Assembly (NCBI GenBank): GCA_046331705.1
Contig: JAXLQJ010000040.1
Coordinates: 1 to 64,000, forward strand
DNA: 64,000 nucleotides
From: a bacterium
Lineage (GTDB): Bacteria > JADJOY01
Direction of reading: 5' to 3'
Shown here: positions 19,860 to 29,325 of the stretch, piece by piece
Layout: each line of letters opens with the position of its first letter
How positions within the stretch are numbered: position 1 is the first letter of the stretch
Translations under genes and position numbers: made by a program
Notes under the pieces: model-generated
Told to the model about the DNA's origin: nothing
The model's database searches: none
The model's input: the letters and a program-made list of their open reading frames with translations, nothing else

Positions 19860-20735
19860 TCACTCGTGCCGCTCGCCTCGCTCACCGCGTTCGACAGGCT
19901 TTCCGGGCTGCGCCGGCGCGATCCGGATCGCACCGGAGACGCTCTGCACCAACAACGACCGCTCGCCCTTGCCGAGCACGAAGCTCGCACGGTTCTGGCC
20001 ACCGTTCGATACGACGTTTGCTGGATAGCCGATCTCGATCTTACCGCCGCTTCGGGCCCGGACGTCCAGATCCGGTTGGGACGGTAGCTCGACCTCGATC
20101 GATCCCGACTCGCTCTCGAGCCACATCGGCTTCGCGCCTTCGGCTTCCCGCACCAAGACGTGGATCGGTCCGCTGGTGCTGCGCGCTCGGACGTTCCGCT
20201 CGGCGACCACGCGGATGGCGCCCGACTCGGTCTCGGCCTCGACGTCCTCGCCCTCGAACTCCGTGACGTCGACCACCCCCTTGCGGGTGCGCAGCTCGAG
20301 CCGCACACCCTCGGGCGCGAACACCACCACGTCCGCCCGATCGAGACGCGCACGGGTGGCGCGGCGCGCGGGATCGGGTGGCGCGACCGCTGGGTACTCC
20401 ACTCGAATCGCGAGCGCCGCTCCGACGCGATCCACCGCCAGCGCGAGCTTCTCGCCGGCGCTGTCGAGGCGCTGCACCACGGTGTGCACCTCGACGAGCT
20501 CGCCGCCCTCGCTGCCGCGCACGCGCACGTCGCCGTAGTCGTTCTGGACCACCAAGACCCGGGCGCCGGCGGGCGCGCCCGACCAGTCGAGCCGATCGAT
20601 GGTGAGGCCCGCCGCCGGATCGCCGTGCGCCGCGCTCGTGCTCGTGCGCGGCGCGGGCTGTGCATCGACGGCCCACGCCGCCGCCGCGAGCAGCGAGCCC
20701 GCGAGCACCAGGCCCGCACCCGCTCGCGCGCTCAT
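19860..20735 (-). CDS. Secreted DUF4097-like beta-strand-repeat protein
   Basis: Signal peptide; repeats NDYGDVRV, TESGAIRV, STSGPIHV, SESGSIEV, SVSGAIRI. Confidence 0.75.
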   Translation of the reverse strand: MSARAGAGLVLAGSLLAAAAWAVDAQPAPRTSTSAAHGDPAAGLTIDRLDWSGAPAGARVLVVQNDYGDVRVRGSEGGELVEVHTVVQRLDSAGEKLALAVDRVGAALAIRVEYPAVAPPDPARRATRARLDRADVVVFAPEGVRLELRTRKGVVDVTEFEGEDVEAETESGAIRVVAERNVRARSTSGPIHVLVREAEGAKPMWLESESGSIEVELPSQPDLDVRARSGGKIEIGYPANVVSNGGQNRASFVLGKGERSLLVQSVSGAIRIAPAQPGKPVERGERGERHE

Positions 20736-20739
20736 CGCC

Positions 20740-21405
20740 TCACTCCGCCGGGAGCTGTGCGATGAACTCGTTGCCGACCTTGATCGAGTTCTGGATGTCC
20801 TTCACCAGCGAGTCGATGTCGCGCTCGATGGACTTCGCCTCGGCCTGAATGCCGCCGATGGCCGCGGCGTTGAGGCTGCTCTTGAGCACGAGCACCTGAT
20901 CCTTCAGCTTGCGGAGCACGGGATCCATGCTCGCCTCCGATTGGTGCAGCGCGCTGGCGAGGGTCTGATACTTGCGCTTGGTGTCGTCGAGCTGGCGACG
21001 CATGGTGGCGCGGTAGCTCGCCTCGGAGACCTGGTTGATCTCGCCGTCCCATTCCACGAACAGGTCACTCGCGATCTTGTCGATCTTCTGGATCCGATCG
21101 CGGACGTCGTTGGCGCGCGACTCGCTGGACTCGTAATCCTTCTTGAGCTTGTCGTATTGCTTCTCGAGCTCGCCGCCGTGGAAGCCGGTCATTTCCTTGA
21201 GGCGCGTGAGCGCGTCCTTGAACTGCTCCTGCGCCGCGTCCTGCTCCTTCTGGACCTTGGCGACGTTGTCGCGCAACAGGTCGCGCTTTTCCTTCCCGAG
21301 CTTCTCCCAGGTCGCGTAGTACATCTTGCTGCAGCCCGCGAGTGCCACCACGCCCACCAGGGCGTAGATCCAGCGAGTCGTGCGCTGCGAGATTCGCGCG
21401 TGCAT
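20740..21405 (-). CDS. DUF2959-family lipoprotein
   Basis: Lipobox LAGC; YYATWEKLGKEKRDLL, QEQFKDAL, LF.EW..E, LKDQVL.LK..LNA.AI. Confidence 0.85.
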   Translation of the reverse strand: MHARISQRTTRWIYALVGVVALAGCSKMYYATWEKLGKEKRDLLRDNVAKVQKEQDAAQEQFKDALTRLKEMTGFHGGELEKQYDKLKKDYESSESRANDVRDRIQKIDKIASDLFVEWDGEINQVSEASYRATMRRQLDDTKRKYQTLASALHQSEASMDPVLRKLKDQVLVLKSSLNAAAIGGIQAEAKSIERDIDSLVKDIQNSIKVGNEFIAQLPAE

Positions 21406-21449
21406 CGTCGGTCTCCGCATCTTGCGTTCGTGATCGACTCGGGGACGGC

Positions 21450-22325
21450 TCAGCCGTCCCGAGCTTGCATCGCCCCGAGCAGCGGTCCGGCCGTGCCGTC
21501 CGGCGCCTTCACCGAATAGCCGAGCGTATCGTCGTTCCAGGCGTAGATCACCCAGCGATCCGCGTCGAGGTCGAGGCGGCGGTAGACCTCGGTGACCTGA
21601 AGGAAATAGGAAAGCTGGTCGGCGAGCTCGTTCTCGCCCACCTCGGTCACCCAGACCTCCGCGCCGCGGCTCTGCGCGCTCGCGAACACCTCTTCGATCG
21701 CCGGCAGCTTCTCGTACTGCTTCGTGTAGACGTGCATGTTGAACACGTCGACCTCGTCGAGGAGCCCTTGGCTGATCATGTCCTTGTTGTAGTTGAGCGT
21801 GTTCGGGAAGTCCTGGACCATCGGGCGCGTCGCCGCCGCGACGATCTTCTGGTCGCGCCCGGCGGTGTTGCGCACCAGCGGCGCCACGTCCTTGACCCAG
21901 TCCACGTATTGCTGCGCGGTCCAGCTCAGGAAGTTCTCGGGCTCGTTCTCGAGCTCCCACGCGATGACCTTGGGATCGTTGGCGAAACGGCTGACGAACG
22001 CGAGATCCACGTCCTCCTGCGGCAGGATGACCATGAAACGCGCGCCGCTCGGCGCCCCGTCGATCAGGCGTCCGACGTAGTCCTTCACGTCGGGCTTGAT
22101 GAGCGTGCGGATCACGCCCACCAGCGGCGCGATCTCGTCCACGTCCTCCGGCATCGAGCCCGCGGGCAAGAGGTTCATGCCCAGCCGCTCCTTGGGAAGA
22201 AGCGTTTCCACCCCTGGATTCGGCGGATTGCTGATGGTCTCGAGCTCGCTGATGCTGGTGTTGCCGCAGCCGGCGAGCGCCGCCACGGCCACGCCGAACG
22301 TGAGTCCCCGAAATACGCGTCGCAT
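21450..22325 (-). CDS. Lipoprotein glycoside hydrolase (clan GH-A TIM barrel)
   Basis: Lipobox LAGC; acid/base WELENEP, HVY, nucleophile WVTEVG. Confidence 0.75.
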   Translation of the reverse strand: MRRVFRGLTFGVAVAALAGCGNTSISELETISNPPNPGVETLLPKERLGMNLLPAGSMPEDVDEIAPLVGVIRTLIKPDVKDYVGRLIDGAPSGARFMVILPQEDVDLAFVSRFANDPKVIAWELENEPENFLSWTAQQYVDWVKDVAPLVRNTAGRDQKIVAAATRPMVQDFPNTLNYNKDMISQGLLDEVDVFNMHVYTKQYEKLPAIEEVFASAQSRGAEVWVTEVGENELADQLSYFLQVTEVYRRLDLDADRWVIYAWNDDTLGYSVKAPDGTAGPLLGAMQARDG

Positions 22326-22493
22326 GTCGATCCCCCTCCGCGCGAATGGACCACCCGGCCCATCACCGGCTGGTCAGCCGCGCGAGCCTAGCGCGAAACC
22401 GTGTCCTCGCGCGAGCGCCGCGAAGCCGTCCGTGGTAGCCTCGTCGGGCCCGATGGCGCGACGCTCCCGGCGGCGCTACCGCGGTGAGGATTC

Positions 22494-24080
22494 ATGCCCT
22501 CGAGCGGCACGATCCGGCCTCCGAAGCCCGCGCCCCGCGCGGCTCGCGACGGCGCTGCGCCGTTCGGCTCCGAATGGATGCCGGACGGCGCGCCGCTGAT
22601 GGCCCGCGAGCTGCCCTCGGCGGCGCGTGCGTGGTTGATCCGCCTGCGTACCGCCCTCGCCGGCCCGCCGCTCGATCCGCGGGCGGAGGCCGAGCACCAG
22701 CTCTTCGCGGCGCGCATCACGGGCAGCTGCGGTCAGGTGCTGCTGGTGCTCACCGCGTCGCTGATGCTGCTGCTCTGGCCCATCGATCTCCTGGTGCTCG
22801 GCAACATGCCGTTCGAGCTGGCGCTGCTGGGCGGCTGGCGCATCGCATACGCCGCCATCGCGTTGAGCACCGCGCGCGTCACGGTGCGCCGCACCGCGCA
22901 GGGCCGTAGCCCCACGCGCCTCCTGGGCGGTGCGATCGTCACGCTCGCGGGCGGGACGTACGCGGTGCTGGGGCGGATCGTGCCGCTCGAATCGCCCTGG
23001 ATCCACACCGCCGTGGTGGTGCCCGCGTTCACGCTCTTCATCCTGGTCCCGCCGCTCGAGCGTCTCGCGCTGGTCGCGTCCACGGTCGGGGCGACGTGGG
23101 GGGCGGTGGTGCTCACCAGCGGCCAGGCCGCCGCGTACGCGCATTGGGTCGAGGTGGGCGGAGTGGCGTTGCTGTCCGTTTCCTTCTCGTTCGCCTTCGG
23201 CCACGTCGGCTGGATCGGCGCGCGCTGGTACTTCGTGGTTCGCAGCGCCCGGGAGCGTGCCGAGGCCGAGCAACGGCGCCTCGAGGCGCTCGTCGCTCAG
23301 ATCCAGGGCGCTCGCGACACCGAAGCGCTGGCGCGCGGGGTATCCCACGAGTTCAACAACCTGCTCCACGTCATCCTGGGCTCGATCGACCTGATCGAGC
23401 GCAGCCTGCCGCACGACGTCCCGTGCCGTGAGAGCTTCGACGACATTCGCACCGCCGTGCAGCGGGGTGCCCAGGTCTGCCGTCAGATGTCCGCGTACGT
23501 CGGCGAGGCCGGGCTCGAGGTGCATACCCTCGACCTCGCGCACGTGATCCGCGATCAGCTCCCGACGATCAGCCAGACGATCCCGCGCGAGGTCGCGTTC
23601 GCCTGCGAGGTGCCCGCCGAGCCGTTGCCCATCGCTGGCGATCCGGCGCGATTACGCGGCGCCCTCGATCGGCTCGTGTGCGACGCCTTGGAAGCCATGC
23701 GCAGCACACCCAAGACGATCGCGCTGGAAGCCCGCCGGGTGGTGCTGAGCGCCGAGCTGGGCGAGCGCGAGCCCGCGCTCCTGGGGCTCGTTCCAGGTCC
23801 CTACGCCGAGATCGAGCTGCGCCACTCGGGCGAGAGCCCGCGCTTCGACGGTCAGGCGCGCTGGCTCGACCCCGTCGCGGTGACGGGATCCACGGCGCGC
23901 CGGCTGGGCCTGCTCGTGGTGGTGGCGATCGTCCGAGCCCACCACGGCGCGATCCTGCTCGACGGCGCGGCCACGACCGGCACGTGCATTCGCGTCTTCC
24001 TGCCCTTGCTGTCCCAGGCGGCTGCGGGCATGCGCGCCGCGCTGCCCGCGCAGGCAGGCATGAGCGGAACGTCGGCGTGA
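22494..24080 (+). CDS. Membrane sensor histidine kinase-like protein with degenerate HATPase domain
   Basis: Multiple TM segments, intact H-box LARGVSHEFNNLL, eroded N/G1/F/G2 boxes; start uncertain. Confidence 0.8.
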   Translation: MPSSGTIRPPKPAPRAARDGAAPFGSEWMPDGAPLMARELPSAARAWLIRLRTALAGPPLDPRAEAEHQLFAARITGSCGQVLLVLTASLMLLLWPIDLLVLGNMPFELALLGGWRIAYAAIALSTARVTVRRTAQGRSPTRLLGGAIVTLAGGTYAVLGRIVPLESPWIHTAVVVPAFTLFILVPPLERLALVASTVGATWGAVVLTSGQAAAYAHWVEVGGVALLSVSFSFAFGHVGWIGARWYFVVRSARERAEAEQRRLEALVAQIQGARDTEALARGVSHEFNNLLHVILGSIDLIERSLPHDVPCRESFDDIRTAVQRGAQVCRQMSAYVGEAGLEVHTLDLAHVIRDQLPTISQTIPREVAFACEVPAEPLPIAGDPARLRGALDRLVCDALEAMRSTPKTIALEARRVVLSAELGEREPALLGLVPGPYAEIELRHSGESPRFDGQARWLDPVAVTGSTARRLGLLVVVAIVRAHHGAILLDGAATTGTCIRVFLPLLSQAAAGMRAALPAQAGMSGTSA

Positions 24081-25060
24081 GAGTCGCCGCGATCCGGGAA
24101 GTCGGCGGGCCCGAAGTCCTCGACCTCCTCGAGCGGCCCGAGCCCGAGCCCGGCCCCGGCGAGATCCGCGTTGCGGTGCGCGCCACCGCGCTCAATCGCG
24201 CCGATCTGCTCCAGCGCCGCGGCCTCTATCCCGCTCCCCCCGACTCGCCAGCCGACGTCCCGGGGCTCGAGTTCGCGGGCGAGGTGGACGCCCTCGGCGC
24301 GCGGGTCACCGAGCACGCCGTCGGCGATCGCGTGTTCGGCATCCTGGGCGGCGGGGGCTACGCGGAGAAGGTGGTCACCCCGGCGCGCATGGCCGTGCGT
24401 GTCCCCGCGCACCTGAGCTGGGAGGAGGCCGCCGCGGTGCCCGAGGTGTTCATCACCGCCCACGACGCGCTGTTCACCCAGGCCGGCCTCGGACCTGGCG
24501 AGACCGTGCTGCTTCACACCGTCGCTGGCGGCGTGGGCACGGCAGCCGTGCAGCTGGCCCACCGCGCCGGCGCGATCTGCTTCGGCACGGCGGGATCGGC
24601 CGAGAAGCTGGCAGCCGCCAAAGCACTGGGCCTGGATCTCGGTATCGACCGAACGGCGGGCGACTTCGCGAAGGTCGTCAAGGAGCACACCGGCGGTGCC
24701 GGTGTGCACGTGATCCTCGACACCGTGGGGCCGAGCTATTGGGAAGCGAACCTCGCGAGCCTCGCCCGATGCGGACGGCTGGTGCTGATCGGGCTGCTCG
24801 GCATGGGGCCGGCGAACCTGCGCGCCGATCTGATCCTCAACAAGCGGCTGCGGATCTTCGGGACGGTGCTGCGCTCACGGCCGCTCGAGGAGAAGATCGC
24901 GGCCACGCAAGCGTTCGCGCGGGCGGTGCTGCCGCTCCTCGAGCGCCGCTCGTTGGTGCCCGTGATCGATCGCGTCTTCGAGCTCGCTCAGGTGCGCGAC
25001 GCGCACGAGTACATGGAGCGGAACGCGAACGTCGGGAAGATCGTGCTGCGGGTGGGCTGA
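24077..25060 (+). CDS. NAD(P)H-quinone oxidoreductase, PIG3 family
   Basis: ALNRADLLQRRGLYP, PGLEFAG, GGGYAE, GGVGTAAVQ, GTVLRSR, GKIVL; GTGA overlap. Confidence 0.93.
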   Translation: MRVAAIREVGGPEVLDLLERPEPEPGPGEIRVAVRATALNRADLLQRRGLYPAPPDSPADVPGLEFAGEVDALGARVTEHAVGDRVFGILGGGGYAEKVVTPARMAVRVPAHLSWEEAAAVPEVFITAHDALFTQAGLGPGETVLLHTVAGGVGTAAVQLAHRAGAICFGTAGSAEKLAAAKALGLDLGIDRTAGDFAKVVKEHTGGAGVHVILDTVGPSYWEANLASLARCGRLVLIGLLGMGPANLRADLILNKRLRIFGTVLRSRPLEEKIAATQAFARAVLPLLERRSLVPVIDRVFELAQVRDAHEYMERNANVGKIVLRVG

Positions 25061-25224
25061 GCTTTCGCGAGCAGGGCGTGGGTTTGGTTCGCCACGCCAA
25101 GAGAAGGGGCGTCGGGCCGACCCCCTGGCCGATCCGACGCCCCCGACTTCCCGGGCAGCTGGCACGGTAGCGTTCCGGGAAGCTTGCTACCGAAGAGAAA
25201 GAAAGCTGCGCGCGCGCTTCGCGC

Positions 25225-26667
25225 TCACGCGTTGGGCGCGATGGTCGCCGCGGCCCAAGGGAACACCGACGTATCGACCGCGATCAGGCGGAACCCTTCG
25301 CGACCGTCGCCGCCGCCGAGCGCGCCCGCCGCCACGCCGAAGACCTTCTGGCCGGACGTGAGCGGCACGCCGAAGGTCGCCGCCGGCGTCGTCGTCCCCG
25401 CCGCCGCCACACCCAGCGTGTAGGTGCCCGCCGGCAGCGCCACGCCCGCCTCGTCCGAAGCCGAGCCGAACGCGAGGCCGGAAAGCGGCTCGACCGCGCT
25501 GAATCCACCCTCGCCGATCACACCCACGTCCACGACCGGCGCGTCGGGCGACGCGTGCACGACCCGCACGAGCGCCTCCGAGCCGGCGACGTCGAAACCA
25601 TCCCGCTCGAACAAGATCTGGAAGGCGCCTTCGCCCTCGCCCGCCGCCAGGAAGCCGGTGGCGACGGCGAGGTAGCGCTCACCGGCCGCCAGCTCCGGCG
25701 TGGTCACCGTGGCGACCGGCGCATCTCCGCCCCCGAGGCCGCCCGCGGCGTAGACGTCGAGCGGATAGGCGCCGGGGGGCACCTGAATGGACCCGCTCAG
25801 CTCCCCGAACGCGAGGTTCGTCGCGAGCGCGGCGCCGCCCGCGCCCAGATCGACCGGCGGCGCGTCGGGACCGGCGTGAAGCGCGAACACCACCGGGTTC
25901 TGCCGTACGACCGCCGCCTCACTGCCGTTCGGAACCGCGACCAGCACGAAGCCAGCGGCATCGCGCGGCAGCTCGGATAGCAGGCCGGTCGCCACCACGA
26001 AGTACTCCGCGCCGGAGCCGAGCGCCGGAATCGTGAACCCCGTCACGCGCGCGCCGCCAGCGTTCTCGGGCAAGCGGATGCCGACCTGGAGGGCGGTCCC
26101 CGCCGGCAATGCCACGCCGGTGGCACCGGTGTCCGCGAAACGCCCGAGCGACGCGATCTCCGCGGAGCCGTCGTCGCCAACGTCCACCGCCACCGCGGGC
26201 GCATCCGCGCCGGCGTGCACGATCCGCACACGTGCCTGCCCGGGCGTTTGCGTCGCGAAGTCCTCGGCGAGCGCGAGCACGCGAAAGCGGTCGGCCGCCG
26301 CGCTCGATCCCAGCAAGCCCGCCGCCACCGCCGTCACGACGTCGCCGCCGGCGAGCGTGAGCGTGCCGGTCGAGAAGGCGGGCGCGCTCGTGGGCGCTGC
26401 CCCCGCCGCGCGCAGATCGATGACGTAGTCGCCCGCGGGCACGCTGGCGTATTGCGTCGCTTGTCCGTAGCCGGCATTCGCGAACAGCGGTGTGTCGAGA
26501 CCGCGCGCGTAGACGTCCACCGCCGGCGCATCCGGCGACGCGTGCACCACGCGAATCCGCGCCGTTGGCTCCGGCGCAGGCTTCTCGTCGTCGTCGCCGC
26601 AGCCGAGCGGCGCCATGGCGAGCACTCCAAGGACTGCCAACCCCATCCAGCGTTGCCACGTCTTCAT
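25225..26667 (-). CDS. DUF4397 repeat lipoprotein
   Basis: Lipobox-like PLGC; four units RVVHASPDAPAVDV / IVHAGADAPAV / LHAGPDAPPVD / VVHASPDAPVVD. Confidence 0.9.
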   Translation of the reverse strand: MKTWQRWMGLAVLGVLAMAPLGCGDDDEKPAPEPTARIRVVHASPDAPAVDVYARGLDTPLFANAGYGQATQYASVPAGDYVIDLRAAGAAPTSAPAFSTGTLTLAGGDVVTAVAAGLLGSSAAADRFRVLALAEDFATQTPGQARVRIVHAGADAPAVAVDVGDDGSAEIASLGRFADTGATGVALPAGTALQVGIRLPENAGGARVTGFTIPALGSGAEYFVVATGLLSELPRDAAGFVLVAVPNGSEAAVVRQNPVVFALHAGPDAPPVDLGAGGAALATNLAFGELSGSIQVPPGAYPLDVYAAGGLGGGDAPVATVTTPELAAGERYLAVATGFLAAGEGEGAFQILFERDGFDVAGSEALVRVVHASPDAPVVDVGVIGEGGFSAVEPLSGLAFGSASDEAGVALPAGTYTLGVAAAGTTTPAATFGVPLTSGQKVFGVAAGALGGGDGREGFRLIAVDTSVFPWAAATIAPNA

Positions 26668-26741
26668 GGTTTCCCCCTCGTTGCTCCCGCGCGAGCGCGT
26701 GGTGAGCGACCGTGCCGATCGTCTTCCAGCCATTGGCACCG

Positions 26742-26792
26742 AAGGTAAGGACGCCAATCGATATTGTCAAGTAGATGTATAGATTTTGTTTG
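26742..26792 (-). promoter_or_regulatory. Sigma70 promoter (TTGACA-17-TACCTT) overlapped by three 11-bp-spaced TnnACA-like repeats (CarH/CarA-type operator)
   Basis: Minus strand reads CAAACA-aaatc-TATACA-tctac-TTGACA-17 nt-TACCTT; AT-rich patch in GC-rich DNA. Confidence 0.65.
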
Positions 26793-26931
26793 CATGCCAT
26801 CCGATGACCGCCGAGGGCCACGGCGGGCAGGCTTGCGCGCGCAACGCAGGCTGGCTTACGGTTAGCCATGACTCACCACGGTGCTGCACACGCGGATTCC
26901 GCGCGCGCCGCGCACCGAGAAGGAGAGCGCC

Positions 26932-27840
26932 ATGATTCGTCACGCCGCCGAGCCTCGCCGTCGACGATCCCGATTCGCCCTGCTGGTGGCGGTCGGATTC
27001 CTGTTGATGGGCGCCGAGCCGTGTCAGCCACCGACGCCACCGCCGCCCGTCCATCTCGCCGCTGCCGACGTGTTCATCAACCTCGGCGACTCGGTCGCCG
27101 CCGGTTACAACGCGAGCCCCCGCGATCGGCTCTCGTACAAGAAGCTCTTGCTCGCCAATGACAACGCGACCTGGCCGACATGGGCCGGACGCGACCTGAG
27201 CACCCGCTTCCCGGGGCTGCGCTTCTACGACTACGCGCAGAGCGGCGCGACCTCGAAGAACGTGCTCCAGTCGCAGCTGCCGAACGCCAAGAACGTGAGC
27301 GCGTCCGTGGGCGTGCTGGTCGTGGTGCACGTCGGCGGCAACGACCTGAACGACGACTTCGGCGCCGCGCTCCTCGACCAAGGCCGCACGCTCAAGGCCA
27401 ACCTCGTGCAGATCGCCAACCAGCTCCGCAACAACAGCCGCTGGGCCGGATTACCGGTGCAGGTGGTGATCGCGAACTTCTACGAGCCCACCGACGACGT
27501 GGGCACGATCTTCGGTTCCGGCTACGAGAGCCTCGTGGACGACTCCGGCACCTGCAATCTCGTCAAGAACCCCGTCGCGGGTGCGTTCCGCGGCACGTAC
27601 TACGCGTTCATCGAGAACGCGCGTGCCGCCGCGGACGAGACCGGCGCCACCTTCGTCGACGTGCACGATCACTTCCTCGGCCACGCCTTCTGGCACCTGC
27701 ACCCCGAGAAGCCGTTCTACGACGCCACCGACCCCACGCTGTGGTTCGCGATGGACTGCACCCACGCCGTCAACCGCGGCCACCACGAGCTGCGCCGCCT
27801 CTTCTGGCAAGCCGTCACGGACGAGTGGTTCCCGGGGTGA
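26932..27840 (+). CDS. SGNH/GDSL hydrolase
   Basis: AAGGAG RBS; blocks LGDSVAAG, AQSGATS, VGGND, DCTH. Confidence 0.9.
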   Translation: MIRHAAEPRRRRSRFALLVAVGFLLMGAEPCQPPTPPPPVHLAAADVFINLGDSVAAGYNASPRDRLSYKKLLLANDNATWPTWAGRDLSTRFPGLRFYDYAQSGATSKNVLQSQLPNAKNVSASVGVLVVVHVGGNDLNDDFGAALLDQGRTLKANLVQIANQLRNNSRWAGLPVQVVIANFYEPTDDVGTIFGSGYESLVDDSGTCNLVKNPVAGAFRGTYYAFIENARAAADETGATFVDVHDHFLGHAFWHLHPEKPFYDATDPTLWFAMDCTHAVNRGHHELRRLFWQAVTDEWFPG

Positions 27841-27847
27841 GGAGCGC

Positions 27848-28603
27848 TCACGCGAGCAGCGCGCGCCACAGCCACCCAAAGTAGAAGAACTCGGGTGATT
27901 CGAGCCGGTGCGGCAGTGCCGCGCCAGCACCCAGCGCCAGCACCAAGACGAACGCGACCAGGTTCGCACGCAACACCGACGGCAGCACGACTTGCTCGAC
28001 GAATCGCTGTCGCAGCAGCCGTGCGATGACCCACTCTTCCCAGAACGTCGTGAGCCCGATCGCAAGCGCGAGGGCGGGATAGAGATAGGCGAGCTTTGCG
28101 ACCCAGTACGCCCCACCACTCACTTCTCCATCGACCACGGCGTCGAGCACTCCCGAAGCAAGTCCGAACAGGAAGAGCGTGATCACGTACAGAAGAACGA
28201 TCCCCACGGCGAGGATGTCGGGTCGCGAGTTGCGCACGCGTTTCGACTTTGCGACCGAAACGATTCGACGTGCCGGCGGCAGCGATGCCACGAAGACGAA
28301 GAACAGTGCACCAAGAGCCACCGCGGGCGCGACGACTGGCATGGCCAGCGCGAGCCCCACCATCGAGCTGACGAGGTTCGCAAGCACCATGGCGGACAAC
28401 GCGATGTACCACGGGATCCTTCGCTCGAAGTGAGCGAATGCGGCGGACTTGACCACGATCGTGATCGGCAGCGCGAAGAACGGGATGCCGAACAGCCGAA
28501 CCAGCGGTACCACCGGTGCACAGGCATGAGCAGGCACCGGAAGGACCACCACCCACACGAGTGCCGCGAGCAGGGCGCACCGCAGTGGTCGTGCCGCGCG
28601 CAT
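27848..28603 (-). CDS. Hypothetical membrane protein
   Basis: Several TM segments with duplicated MVLANLVS / VLRANLVAF motifs. Confidence 0.7.
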   Translation of the reverse strand: MRAARPLRCALLAALVWVVVLPVPAHACAPVVPLVRLFGIPFFALPITIVVKSAAFAHFERRIPWYIALSAMVLANLVSSMVGLALAMPVVAPAVALGALFFVFVASLPPARRIVSVAKSKRVRNSRPDILAVGIVLLYVITLFLFGLASGVLDAVVDGEVSGGAYWVAKLAYLYPALALAIGLTTFWEEWVIARLLRQRFVEQVVLPSVLRANLVAFVLVLALGAGAALPHRLESPEFFYFGWLWRALLA

Positions 28604-28706
28604 CACCGCTCGCACTTCGGAACGACGGCGAGCTCGGCAAGCCCTGCCGCTGCAGTCACGATGTCGAGATTGCCAAGCGCGATCGTCGGAGTGACGTCGA
28701 GACCAC

Positions 28707-28841
28707 TCATGAGTGTGTGATCGTACCCGGAGATGGAAGGTCCGGCCGCGCACCGCATGAAACGAGCGCCCGTCCACCGAAGATGAGGAGCTCGACGCCG
28801 GCGTCGATCAGCAGCTCAACGAGGCGCCGTGTCTCGGTCAC
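28707..28841 (-). pseudogene. 3'-truncated nucleotidyltransferase toxin-like remnant
   Basis: VTETRRLVELLIDAGVELLIFGGRALVSCGA matches the N-terminus of minimal NTases (GV.F.IIGG.A...HG) and then degenerates; overlaps the small upstream gene. Confidence 0.5.
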
Positions 28842-29013
28842 CCTTGGCCTCTTCCAGGAATCGAACCATGCGCTGCATCCGTTCGAGCCGCTCGCTCGGC
28901 GTGCGCCGCAGGTTCTCGTCGATGAGTGTGACGTCGATCCCCGAATCGATGAGCTCGAGGATCCGCACGTCCCACGGCTTGTCGTCGGAACCATTCGGCA
29001 CGGGCTCGACCAT
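28816..29013 (-). CDS. Small antitoxin-like partner of a nucleotidyltransferase
   Basis: 65 aa, SGIDVTLIDENLRRTPSERLERMQ; this type of small protein is commonly found upstream of NTase genes. Confidence 0.6.
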   Translation of the reverse strand: MVEPVPNGSDDKPWDVRILELIDSGIDVTLIDENLRRTPSERLERMQRMVRFLEEAKGDRDTAPR

Positions 29014-29325
29014 GCGGCGGTGCTACCACCGTGGTCGCGGCGCGGGGTGTGTCACGCGGGCATCGAGCTGTGGCGCGCGAGACACACGTGGCACGCGGGA
29101 GCGGGTCGCTCCGACGAGATCGATCCGACCCACGACGGAGGGCGGAGCTCCTGCTCCGCCCCTACGCGATCGCGCCCGCGAATGATCGCGCGGGAGCGCA
29201 TTGGATTATCGAGATTGGGTGAGAGGGCGGGCGGAACGGCGTATCGAGCGCCGCTCGCCCGCGCGAAATCGCTCCCACTGACCCGCATCGAGAGCAATCT
29301 GCGCGCCAAGGCGTAGCGCAGGCGC

